A DNA stretch of 50,365 nt from Myxococcales bacterium (GCA_003153495.1 PLYU01000302.1:1-50365); one strand, 5' to 3'. Counted from the stretch's first letter, positions 1 to 10,781 are shown. Notes: generated from the letters alone by a model not told the origin. Translations and numbers: made by a program.

Positions 1-113
1 TCGGCGCCTGCGTCCGGGGCCGCCGTCGCGTGGGGGCCCGTGGACTGCCCGCAGGCGGGAAGCGCCGCGGCCGCGAGCAGGAGGGCGACGTGAAGGGCTG
101 CGGTCGCGCGCAC
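1..113 (-). CDS. 5' end of a lipoprotein gene that runs off the left edge (partial)
   Basis: GTG at 113..111 is followed by VRATAALHVALLLAAAALPACGQSTGPH. This gives a charged n-region, a hydrophobic core and an LPAC lipobox. The GTG shares one base with the TAG stop of the upstream amidase (cTAGTG). The gene is absent from the ORF track because it is truncated. Confidence 0.45.
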   Translation of the reverse strand, partial: MRATAALHVALLLAAAALPACGQSTGPHATAAPDAGA

Positions 114-1675
114 TAGGCGCCGACCTCCACTGGCGTCCGGGGGAAGCCTTCGCTCTGCGACACGTCCGCCTCGATCGCGCGCATCGCGGCGAGGACGACG
201 GGGTCGTGCCACGGGCGCCCGACGACCTGAACGCCGACCGGGAGCCCCGCCGCTTGCGCCTCGACCCGGGCGGCGTGGCGCTCGACCCAGTCCTTGCTGG
301 CGACGCGCGCGGTCTCGTCGTCGCGCACGCGCGTGACGGGGACGACGCCCGCGGGCAGCTGCGCCGCGTTGAAGAGGATCGCGTAGCTCGACGCGAGCGT
401 GAAGTTCTTCGACTCCCCGTGAGGGAGCGCCGCGGTGGCGAAGGGCGGGCAGAGCAGCACGTCGACGCCCTGGCGATCCATCGCCTCGAGCAGCGCGGCA
501 CGATGAGCGCGCAGGCGGTCGGTCAGCTGCCAGAGCTGCGCGACCGTCTTCTCCGCCATCGACTCGAGCATGAGCGCGAAGTTCGGCTGTCCGAGCGCAC
601 GGGCCGCGCGCGCGGCGACGAGGCGCACCGAGCCGGGGACCGGCGCGAGCCTCCTCATGGGCTCGAGCACGGGGTCCACCTCGCCGCCGGCGAGCGCCGC
701 GAGCAGAGCCGCGCCCCCGTCGGCGCTGAGGGCACCCAGGTACATGGAGAGCAGTCCGCGCACGTCGGGCGGTTCGAACGGGACCACCTCGCACCCGCGC
801 GCCCGCAGCGCGGAGGCCGCGCGGTCGACCCCTCGCGCGACGGCGCGCGAGGCGGCCAGCACCCCGTCGTCGACGTACGTGCCCACGCGGAGCTTCTCGA
901 CCGCGACGGCGGCTGGCTCCTCCCAGAGGAGCGGCGGCACGCGGGGATCGAGCGCGGCCATGCGCTCGGGGCTCAGGGAGCGGAAGAAGAGGGCCAGGTC
1001 GTCGACCGTGCGCGCCATCGGGCCGCCCATCCCCCGCACGGCCTCCTGGCCGACGAGCACCGCGCGGTAGCCGCGCATGGGAAGGCGGTCGAGCGTCGGC
1101 TTGATCCCGCAGACGCCGCAGAAGTGAGCCGGGGTCCGGATGCTCCCGCCGATGTCGGTCCCGATGCCGAGCGGCGACATGCCGGCCGCGAGGGCGGCCC
1201 CCTCGCCACCGGACGATCCCCCCGGCGTGTGGGCGAGCGACCAGGGGTTGGACGTCCGCCCGAACAGAGGGTTACTCGCCTCGACATAGAGCATCGTCTG
1301 CGACAGGTTGGTGCGCCCGAGGACGACCGCGCCGGACTCGCGCAGCAGCTCGACGAGCGCCGCGTCTCGCTGCGCGACGCGCCCCCGCCACGACGGCAGC
1401 CCGAGCGTCGTGGCGCGTCCGGCGAGGTCGAAGCACTCCTTGACGGTGACCGGTAGCCCGTCGAGAGGCCCGCGGGCCTCTCCCCGCTTGCGGCGCGCGT
1501 CGGACGCGTCGGCGCCAGCCAGCGCCTCGTCGCGCAGCACCTCGGTGAAGGCGTGGATGCGGGGCTCGACCTGCTCGATGCGATCGAGCAGGGAGCGGAC
1601 GACGTCGCGGGCGCTCACCTCGCGACAGGCGAGCATCGACGAGAGCGTGGCTGCGGAGCACCGCCAGAGAGCCAT
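113..1675 (-). CDS. amidase-signature family amidase (GatA-like fold)
   Basis: 520-aa ORF containing the amidase signature TPGGSSGGEGAALAAGMSPLGIGTDIGGSIRTPAHFCGVCGIKPT. The composition looks coding over the full length. The overlapping plus-strand ORFs are Arg/Gly-rich artefacts. Confidence 0.9.
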   Translation of the reverse strand: MALWRCSAATLSSMLACREVSARDVVRSLLDRIEQVEPRIHAFTEVLRDEALAGADASDARRKRGEARGPLDGLPVTVKECFDLAGRATTLGLPSWRGRVAQRDAALVELLRESGAVVLGRTNLSQTMLYVEASNPLFGRTSNPWSLAHTPGGSSGGEGAALAAGMSPLGIGTDIGGSIRTPAHFCGVCGIKPTLDRLPMRGYRAVLVGQEAVRGMGGPMARTVDDLALFFRSLSPERMAALDPRVPPLLWEEPAAVAVEKLRVGTYVDDGVLAASRAVARGVDRAASALRARGCEVVPFEPPDVRGLLSMYLGALSADGGAALLAALAGGEVDPVLEPMRRLAPVPGSVRLVAARAARALGQPNFALMLESMAEKTVAQLWQLTDRLRAHRAALLEAMDRQGVDVLLCPPFATAALPHGESKNFTLASSYAILFNAAQLPAGVVPVTRVRDDETARVASKDWVERHAARVEAQAAGLPVGVQVVGRPWHDPVVLAAMRAIEADVSQSEGFPRTPVEVGA

Positions 1676-1698
1676 CCGCGTTACTGTAGCCGTTCACG

Positions 1699-4419
<2,721 letters not shown>

Positions 4420-4456
4420 CGTCGGACCTTCGCAGTTCCGTCGCGAGAGAGCGCAC

Positions 4457-4568
4457 GCGCGCGGAGGGTGAGCATCTCCTCGGGGGCTCGGACGGCGCGT
4501 GCTGTCCGGTCGGTCCAGTCGGGGCGCTACGAGCTCGCCCCCTTCGGAGATGCTCACCCTCCGCGCGC
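4457..4568. repeat. long inverted repeat (hairpin) just downstream of the pepN stop
   Basis: GCGCGCGGAGGGTGAGCATCTCC (4457-4479) is the exact reverse complement of 4546-4568. The stem extends by GGGGGC/GCCCCC (4482-4487 and 4537-4542) across a small internal loop. The spacer is 66 nt. Confidence 0.8.
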
Positions 4569-5194
4569 TCGACTCGGGAGGGCGATAGAGGCGTCGGCTA
4601 CGAATGTCAGCGCCGCCACCCCACCGCCCCCGCCCCCCGGAACGCCCGCCTTGCCGACCTGGGCCACGCTCTTCCTCGCGGCCGGATTCGTTGCGGTCGC
4701 GGGATGAAGCATGCGGAGACGCGGTGTTGCCTCCGCGGTCTGCGTCTGATGGTTGAGGTCAGCGACGACGGCGCTCTGCGCCCGGTGCGCCAGCACGGTG
4801 AGCAAGGTGCGCCAGAAAGGCGGTCGTCGCTCGGTGGCGGGACCGCGTGATTCAGGGGGCCGCGCAGCCGCCGCGCGCCGCGCGGGATTGGGTCGATTCT
4901 GACGCGGGCGGGTAGACGGTCGTAGGCCCATTCGGGGCGCAAGCGTGCGGCACGCTCGGTTCCTGTCACGTGCCCGTCGGTGTGTGACAAGCTGCGGTCC
5001 TGATTGAGCGACGCTGAATGCGACGACCGAGTGCACGGCTGGACCGTACGACGGAGGCTTCGACTGAGCCATGCGGCCCGGCGCGGCCCCCGTCGGTCAC
5101 CAGCCAAATCAGACCACGTTCCAGTACGGCTGCACCGTGCCAAAAGGGTTCCTTTGCTGGCCGTCCCCCCTCGCGATTCAACCCCCCGCGTCTT

Positions 5195-5554
5195 TCAGGC
5201 GGTCGGAGGCGCGGAGTTCACACGGACGAAGACGCCGGCGACCTCCTCGTACGAGATTCCCTTGTCCAGGACGTGGACGACGTACGGGTAGAAGCCGTCG
5301 TGACGGCATGCGCACGGGGATCGAGGAACCGGTGCCGACGCGGGTAGCGACTCGGTCGCGGGAGGTGGCACCGGTGTAGTCGACGGAGCCATTTCCGCAG
5401 GCGTGGGCGCGCCGGGAGCCGGAGGCGGCGCAGTAGCGGAAGACGCTGGCCGGGCGGGCAACGAAGGCGTGGGCTCGGCCTGCGCGAACGCTGGCGCGGG
5501 TAGGACTGCGAGGACGATCGCGGCAGTCCAGCGGGGAGTCGGTGAGAGCCGCAT
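5195..5554 (-). CDS. small secreted hypothetical protein
   Basis: MRLSPTPRWTAAIVLAVLPAPAFAQ signal peptide, a Pro/Ala-rich linker, then a non-repetitive tail DGFYPYVVHVLDKGISYEEVAGVFVRV. The start was chosen at the second Met of ORF 5195..5578. I recognise no family. Confidence 0.35.
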   Translation of the reverse strand: MRLSPTPRWTAAIVLAVLPAPAFAQAEPTPSLPARPASSATAPPPAPGAPTPAEMAPSTTPVPPPATESLPASAPVPRSPCACRHDGFYPYVVHVLDKGISYEEVAGVFVRVNSAPPTA

Positions 5555-5669
5555 GCGTCGTCGCTCGACGGCGCGCACGATCGCACGCGGAGGTCGCTCG
5601 GTAAAGTCGGCTGAAGGGCGGCGCCGACCTCAAGGAGATGGAATCCGAGCCGATTCAGGTAGCATCCGC

Positions 5670-5912
5670 ATGGTCCGACGTAGGGTCGTGCGCTACACTG
5701 CCCACGTGACCATCATCGACTGGAACGGCGCTGACGTCCCGTCGGAGTTGCGCGGCCTACCCGCCGGCAAGTACATCATCCAGCGCGCTGACGACACGCT
5801 CACGCCGGAAGAGGAGCAGGGTCTAGTCATCGCGCTCGAGTCTGTCCGTACCGGCAGGGGCGTCTCACACGATGCGGCTCGCGAACGTCTCCTTCAGCGC
5901 GCCCGACGTTGA
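5670..5912 (+). CDS. putative antitoxin of a type II TA pair
   Basis: About 80 aa (MVRRRVVRYTAHVTIIDWNGADVPSELRGLPAGKYII...LESVRTGRGVSHDAARERLLQRARR). Its TGA overlaps the toxin TTG start (TTGA). The start could instead be the GTG at 5706. The long ORF upstream of 5670 is Gly/Arg-rich and unlikely to be coding. Confidence 0.55.
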   Translation: MVRRRVVRYTAHVTIIDWNGADVPSELRGLPAGKYIIQRADDTLTPEEEQGLVIALESVRTGRGVSHDAARERLLQRARR

Positions 5913-6193
5913 GCATCATCTGGTCACCGGAGGCGCTCGCCGATATCGAGGCGGTGCTCGACTACCTCGTCACCCGCAACTCTCCGGCCGGGGAGAAACT
6001 CGCGACCGGCATCGTGAGTCTTGTCGAGCGCCTCGCCGCGGAGCCACTCGAGGGACCCGAGCACGTCCTCGGCAACGGAGAACGCGTGCGTGGCTGGCCC
6101 TTCCCTCCGTTTCGCGTCTACTACCAACGAACACCGGACGGCCTGCTCGTTGTGCGCGTCTACAATCAGCGACGCGAGCCCATCACGCGGTAG
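5909..6193 (+). CDS. RelE/ParE-family type II toxin
   Basis: 94 aa: IIWSPEALADIEAVLDYLVTRNSPAGEKLATGIVSLVERLAAEPLEG...FPPFRVYYQRTPDGLLVVRVYNQRREP. This is the typical ParE/RelE layout and size, and it is coupled to the upstream small ORF. Confidence 0.85.
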   Translation: MSIIWSPEALADIEAVLDYLVTRNSPAGEKLATGIVSLVERLAAEPLEGPEHVLGNGERVRGWPFPPFRVYYQRTPDGLLVVRVYNQRREPITR

Positions 6194-6559
6194 GCGCGGG
6201 CTGGGCGAGGAACTTCGACGAGAAGGACGAGCCCACGCCCGGTTAGGCGCCCGGTCCATATTGTCGCTTCCATGCCGGAGTTCGCGACGCTGAAATCCAG
6301 GCGTTTTTCGCTCCTTCGGAGTCGTTAATTTCGACCGGACGCCTTACCGCCTGAAAGACAGCCTGGACCACAAGCCCGTGAGCCTGTGGTCCAGCCAGAG
6401 TTGCGCAGGCCTGCAACTGATCAAGGGGTTGCGGACGTGTGGGTGCCGTTCGAGGGATCGATTGCGGTCGGGTGGGGGTGAGCGCGCAGCGGTCCCGCCC
6501 ACGGCCGCCACCACCTGCGGCTCCGCGTTATCCGGCCCCCGCCGCGCTACACTACCGCC

Positions 6560-6796
6560 ATGACCAGCTCCGCTCGTCGCCTCCTGGAGGACGTGCTCGC
6601 GTTGCCAGAGGCGGAACGCCTCGAGCTTGCATCGGAGATCATCGCGAGCGTGGATGGCCCGCGCGACGCGGACTGGGAAGCGGCGTGGCTCGCGGAGCTC
6701 GATCGCCGCGTTGAGGCGGCCAATGCCCGCGAAGAGCCGGCGGCGGACTGGAACGATGCGCGTGCTCGCATCCTGAGGCGACTCGGCGGCACGTGA
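6560..6796 (+). CDS. addiction-module antitoxin component (TIGR02574-like)
   Basis: 78 aa: LLEDVLALPEAERLELASEIIASVDGPRDADWEAAWLAELDRRVEAANAREEPAADWNDARARILRRL. It overlaps the next ORF by 4 nt (GTGA). Confidence 0.8.
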   Translation: MTSSARRLLEDVLALPEAERLELASEIIASVDGPRDADWEAAWLAELDRRVEAANAREEPAADWNDARARILRRLGGT

Positions 6797-6960
6797 AGTC
6801 GCTGCGGGTTCTGCCGGAGGTCGAGGAGGAACTCGCTCAGGCAGCCGAATGGTACGAAGCCAAGCGAACTGGACTGGGCGTTGAACTGGTTGCCGCCGTC
6901 GATCGCGCGTTCGGGGCGCTCGCTAGCTACCCCTACCGCCCGGGTCGCCGCTCCTCGCGC
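6793..6960 (+). pseudogene. truncated ParE/RelE-like toxin remnant
   Basis: The first 50 aa or so (MKSLRVLPEVEEELAQAAEWYEAKRTGLGVELVAAVDRAFGALASYPYRP) look like a ParE N-terminus. The frame then runs into a stop-free Pro/Arg/Ser string encoded by the C-rich tract. The expected C-terminal FPY..Y...H.R.P core is missing. Confidence 0.5.
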
Positions 6961-7310
6961 CCCATCCCCTCCAACCGCCGGCTTCACAGCCGTCCCCGGT
7001 CCCTTGACCGCTCTCCCCGCCGGGTAAGCCAGTCCCCCCTCGCCTCCCCTCCGCCCGGGCCTCCGGGTACGCCCCTTCCCTCCGCTTCCCGACCGCCCGG
7101 CCCGCGCGGCAAGCCGCTTCCCGCCAGCCCCCCGAGCGCCTTCCCCGCGGGATCGCCCGCTTCACACCCGCCACCCGTCCCCGCCGGTGGCCGGCCCGAG
7201 CACCTCCCACGCGCTCCCGCCCGCTTCCCCCCCGCGCCCCGCCCGCTCCCCTCGCGCCCCCGAGCACCTCTCGGCCCCGCCCGGCCGGTCCCTCCGCTAG
7301 CTTCACCGCA
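6950..7310 (+). repeat. strongly C-rich (plus strand), strand-asymmetric low-complexity tract
   Basis: Runs of CCCC/CCCCC and degenerate repeats such as CGAGCACCTC (x2) and GCCCGCTTC (x2). There are very few A or T and few G-rich stretches. The complement carries many G3-G7 runs. Confidence 0.7.
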
Positions 7311-8013
7311 TTGTTCGCGCGCCCCTTTGCCCCCCTCCTCCTCCTGACCGCCTCGGCCTGCGACCGGGGCACGCCCCTGCGTGATCACCCGGCGCCATAC
7401 GCAGATCCCGCCCTCCTCCCTCCGCCACCCGTCCCCTCGGCCGCGGCACCCGTCGCCTCCATTCCCGACGCGGCCCTCGTCCCTCCCGATTCCGACGCGT
7501 CCCCTCGCGCACCCCGCGGCTCCCCTCTCTCCCCCGACGACCTCGCCCGCGTCGTGCGCAGGCGATTCCACCGACCCACCTTCCTGCGTCCCGAGCCCGA
7601 CGGCTTCACCCTCGTCACCGTCGACTCCACACCGCTGCTCGATCTGGCCGACCGCCTGATCCACCAGGCGGTCGCCGCGCACCACGCGGGCCGCTTCGCA
7701 AGGGACCCGGTCCGTCCGGTGACCCTGCGGCTCTTCTCGTCGCGGGGAGACTACGACTCGTGGACCCGCGAGCGTTACGGCCTGAGCGGAGCGGACCTCT
7801 CCGGCTTCGATCACCCCGGGCGGCGCGAGGTCGTCGTCGACGGCTCGGGGGGAGCGGCTTCCTGCCGACCCTGACGCACGAGATCGTGCACCCATCGTCG
7901 AGTCCGACTTCCCCGACGCCCCGAAGTGGCTGGACGAGGGCCTGGGCACGCTCTTCGGCATGACGGACGCCGGACGCGTGCGCCTCGCTAGCGTCCCTCG
8001 CGGTACGCTTTGA
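7311..8013 (+). pseudogene. gluzincin-like (HExxH...WLDEG) lipoprotein gene disrupted by two frameshifts
   Basis: Frame 0 encodes MFARPFAPLLLLTASAC...GRREVVVDGSGG and stops at 7874. The next frame reads GSGFLPTLTHEIVHP. A third frame reads IVESDFPDAPKWLDEGLGTLFGMTDAGRVRLASVPRGTL, with its stop at 8011-8013. The metalloprotease motif appears only when the frames are joined. The first shift lies at a G6 run (7847-7852). Confidence 0.6.
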
Positions 8014-9724
8014 TGGCGTTGGCGATCGCGTCCGCCAGGAGCTGCCGGTACCGGGCGGTTCCCAGGCGCTGCTCCTCCACGACGTTCGAGACGTAGCTCG
8101 TTTCGAACAGGACGCTCGGCATCCGCGCGCCCACGAGGACGTAGAACCCCGCAGGGTGCACCCCGCCTTCGACCGCGTCTTCGTACTTCATGCGCAGCGC
8201 GGCCATCGCCGAGCGCTCGAGCAGGCGCGCGAAGCGGTCCGACAGCCGCGCCTGCTCCGCGAGGCGCATGCCCCCGAGGATCGCCCCGAGCTCCGCGCTC
8301 GCAGCCTGGGTGGTCGCGTTCTCGCGCGCGGCGACGCGCGCGGCGATCTCGTCGCGCGTCGTGTCGAGGACGTACGTCTCGACGCCGCGCCGCCACTTGC
8401 TCTCGCTGGCGTTGCAGTGGATGGACACGAAGAGGTCCGCAGAGAAGGAGTTCGCGCGCGCGGTGCGCTCCTCGAGCGAGACGAACCGGTCGTCGTCGCG
8501 CGTGGACATGACCTGGATTCCCTGGGCCACGAGAACTGGCGCGAGGCGGCGGGCGATGTCCAGCGTGACGTCCTTCTCTCTCACACCTTCCGGTCCGGCG
8601 GCGCCGGTGTCCTTGCCCCCGTGCCCCGGGTCGAGCACGACGCGTGACAGGGAGCGCGGACCGTGCCCGGCGGTGCCGGGCGGCTGGCGAGCCACGTCCA
8701 CCACGATCCTGTACGGTTCGTCGAGGTAGAAGACCCGGCGCCACGCATGGCCATCGAGGTCGAGGAGCACGCGCGAGCCCGTGCTGGTGCTCTCCGCCCG
8801 GACGCGCGTGACGATCCCCGGCTGCGGCATGTCTCTGGAGACGCGACCGAGGTCGACGCCGTCCAGGTCGAGAAACGTGTGGGGCGTCGGATCGCCGGCG
8901 AACACCTCGTCGCCCACCCTGTACGACGCCGCCCGATCGAGCACCACCACCACGCGCGCGGCGCCGGGACCCGGCCAGGAGTCGATCCGCACGACCTGGG
9001 GCGGCTTGACCGGAACGAGGGCCCCGGCGTCGATGGCGCCGGGCACCGCGTGCGCGAGGGAGCCCTCGCCCTGCAGGCTGTCGTCGATCGCCTCGAGCAC
9101 CCGCTGAGACGGGCGGAACGCCGCGAGGACGGCGAGCGCGTCCTCGGCCTGGCGCAGGCACGTCGCCGTCGAGCCTGCCGACGCGGGCGGGGCTCGCTCG
9201 GCCCCGGCGTCGACCTCGCGCGTCGCGGCGAACCGGCGGAGCACCCGGTAGATCTCCGTGTACTCGATCGACGCGTCGTGCCCGACGTCGGCCGCCAGTC
9301 GCGCCGCGCTCATGGCGGCATCGCAGGCCCCCGGCGTGTCCGCCTCGCGCGACGCCGATCGGTAGAGCTCCAGCGCTTCGACGGCGTCCCGCTCCCTTCC
9401 CTCCGCTCGCCAGACTCGCTCGACGAGCTGCCCGGCGGTCGCATGGAGGTCCACGGCGCGGGCGCCCGCCCCTTCGCGCACGGCCTGCGCCTCGACCGCT
9501 TCGGCGAGCGCGAGCACCTCTGCCCGGCCCGGCAAGGGCACCCCCTTCTCCGTCAGGGCCCGGGCGCGCGCCATGTCGGCGGTGCCTGCCGCGGCGTCGG
9601 GAGGTCCCGCCGGGCCGCGTTCCCCGCACGCCGGAGCGGCCAGCCCTGCCAGCACGACGGCGACGCCCGCGAGGCTTGGGCGGCGGGCGAAAAGGCGGTT
9701 AACCTCCGGTCGCGGGTGAGCCAA
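7988..9724 (-). CDS. amiC: N-acetylmuramoyl-L-alanine amidase with AMIN domain (AmiC-like)
   Basis: Amidase_3 motifs VVLDPGHGGKDTGAAGPEGVREKDVTLDIARRL and ADLFVSIHCNASE. The upstream AMIN-like beta segment is VVRIDSWPGPGAARVVVVLDRAASY...YRIVVDV. The start is uncertain. TTG at 9724 gives the signal AHPRPEVNRLFARRPSLAGVAVVLAGLAAPAC. The track ORF extends to 10063 through Arg/Gly-rich sequence that overlaps the next gene. Confidence 0.88.
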   Translation of the reverse strand: MAHPRPEVNRLFARRPSLAGVAVVLAGLAAPACGERGPAGPPDAAAGTADMARARALTEKGVPLPGRAEVLALAEAVEAQAVREGAGARAVDLHATAGQLVERVWRAEGRERDAVEALELYRSASREADTPGACDAAMSAARLAADVGHDASIEYTEIYRVLRRFAATREVDAGAERAPPASAGSTATCLRQAEDALAVLAAFRPSQRVLEAIDDSLQGEGSLAHAVPGAIDAGALVPVKPPQVVRIDSWPGPGAARVVVVLDRAASYRVGDEVFAGDPTPHTFLDLDGVDLGRVSRDMPQPGIVTRVRAESTSTGSRVLLDLDGHAWRRVFYLDEPYRIVVDVARQPPGTAGHGPRSLSRVVLDPGHGGKDTGAAGPEGVREKDVTLDIARRLAPVLVAQGIQVMSTRDDDRFVSLEERTARANSFSADLFVSIHCNASESKWRRGVETYVLDTTRDEIAARVAARENATTQAASAELGAILGGMRLAEQARLSDRFARLLERSAMAALRMKYEDAVEGGVHPAGFYVLVGARMPSVLFETSYVSNVVEEQRLGTARYRQLLADAIANAIKAYREGR

Positions 9725-9823
9725 GTGTCCGAGCCCCAGCTGACGATACAACCGATCTACGCAGACCGCGCCGTCCCCCGTCTCGTTGTTGACCCCAGCG
9801 TCAAATGTTAGGCTTGGGACGCG

Positions 9824-10726
9824 ATGGCTTATCCTACTATTCCGCCTACTTCGTCCAGCGGGGAGGGGGGGGCATTCGGCGCCGCCAAGCTCACCGCGGA
9901 CGACCTCGAGAGACTGGCTTCGGCGTTCCGCCCCTCGTGGGAGCTCGACGACGCGCCGTTCGCCGCCTCCCCTGCGCTCTCCCCGGCTGACGTCCGCGCG
10001 CTCCAGGGCGGCGGGACTCACGCCGACGTACGCGCATGGTCCCCGACGTCGAACGGGCTGCACTCTCCTCCGAGGGTGTCGACCGCGCCCGAGCCGGAGA
10101 GCTCGGTGATCGTGAACGCCGGCATCGCAGCCACGCAGGTCCCTGCACCGACTCCCGTGTCGGTGCGCCCGGCGCTGATCGCGCCGCAGGCGCCGTCACC
10201 CTTCGTCGCTCAGGTCCGCCCCGCCGCCGTGATCTCGGCGCCCCTGGCGCCCAGGCCACCCGCCGCGTCGGTCGATCTCGAGGAGGCCTTCGGTCGCCGG
10301 TCGAAGAAGCCGCTGTGGATCGGGCTGGGGCTCGCCGCAGCAGTCGTTCTGACCGCCGTGGGCATATGGGCGGGCTCCAGCTCCGCGCCGACGCCCCCCG
10401 CGCCAGCAGCGACGGCCCAGCGGCGCGTGGAGGACAACGCCCCGGCCATCCCTCCACCCCCTCCCCCGGAGGCGACGACGGCCGCGCAGGCAGCCGAGCC
10501 CCCGCCCCCCGCCCCGACGCCGGCGCCCGCAGCACCTCCACCGACCCCGCCGGTGGCCGTCGCTGCGCCCGTCCGGCCCCAGCCTGTGGCCGCCCCGCCC
10601 CCGCCCCCGCCCCACGTTGCGGCGGCGGCGGCTCCTCCCGCCCGTCCTACATATGCCCCTGCCCCGAAGCCGGCGGCCCGACCGAAGAGCGGGAACACGA
10701 CGATCGTTCGTGACGTGCCGTTCTGA
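9824..10726 (+). CDS. Pro/Ala-rich single-pass membrane protein
   Basis: 300 aa with a cytoplasmic N-terminal part (LTADDLERLASAFRPSWELDD), one TM helix (PLWIGLGLAAAVVLTAVGIWAG) and an extremely Pro/Ala-rich exterior region ending in TTIVRDVPF. The first codons are unusually AT-rich, so the start is uncertain. Confidence 0.55.
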   Translation: MAYPTIPPTSSSGEGGAFGAAKLTADDLERLASAFRPSWELDDAPFAASPALSPADVRALQGGGTHADVRAWSPTSNGLHSPPRVSTAPEPESSVIVNAGIAATQVPAPTPVSVRPALIAPQAPSPFVAQVRPAAVISAPLAPRPPAASVDLEEAFGRRSKKPLWIGLGLAAAVVLTAVGIWAGSSSAPTPPAPAATAQRRVEDNAPAIPPPPPPEATTAAQAAEPPPPAPTPAPAAPPPTPPVAVAAPVRPQPVAAPPPPPPHVAAAAAPPARPTYAPAPKPAARPKSGNTTIVRDVPF

Positions 10727-10781
10727 ACGCGCTTTACACGAAGCCATAGCCGCGTTCAGGATTCGCGCGCGAGCCGAGCCC

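Noticed and set aside
206-1456. 416-aa plus-strand ORF antisense to the amidase, with similar ORFs at 570..1070, 973..1287 and 1272..1880.
   Set aside because: The translations are Arg/Gly/Pro/Ala-rich with no motifs. This is the typical stop-codon-free shadow of a real gene in very GC-rich DNA. The amidase signature on the other strand explains the region.
4570-5190. Possible gene or transposase remnant in the empty stretch (fragments such as PPFWRTLLTVLAHRAQSAVVADLNH and RPEWAYDRLP on the minus strand).
   Set aside because: The fragments are short, lie in different frames and match no family motif I can recognise. I cannot support a CDS or a mobile-element call without a database search.
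6363-6394. 10-bp stem-loop CTGGACCACA-N12-TGTGGTCCAG between the two TA loci, followed by the GCAGGCCTGC palindrome.
   Set aside because: The stem is short, has no U tract, lies 170 nt from the nearest stop and has no second copy in the window. It is within the range expected by chance in GC-rich DNA.
6984-9629. 881-aa minus-strand ORF and 10734..12989 (751 aa), 12365..13939 (524 aa), 32245..35283 (1012 aa), 32559..35255 (898 aa), 44385..46223 (612 aa).
   Set aside because: All are extreme Arg/Gly/Pro/Ala low complexity. All overlap ORFs that carry clear family motifs or signal peptides in another frame or strand.
9725-10063. N-terminal extension of the AmiC-like ORF back to the Met at 10063.
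   Set aside because: The extension is Arg/Gly-rich and would overlap the divergent 9824 gene. It would also bury the obvious lipoprotein-type signal peptide (LAGVAVVLAGLAAPAC) more than 120 aa inside the protein.
9824-10726. Considered as the missing GltJ/AgmX-type TonB-like component because of its TM helix and long Pro-rich exterior.
   Set aside because: It lacks a TonB-like or AgmX/PglI-type C-terminal domain, since only about 15 residues follow the Pro-rich region. It also has no zinc-ribbon-like N-terminus and lies on the opposite strand outside the array.
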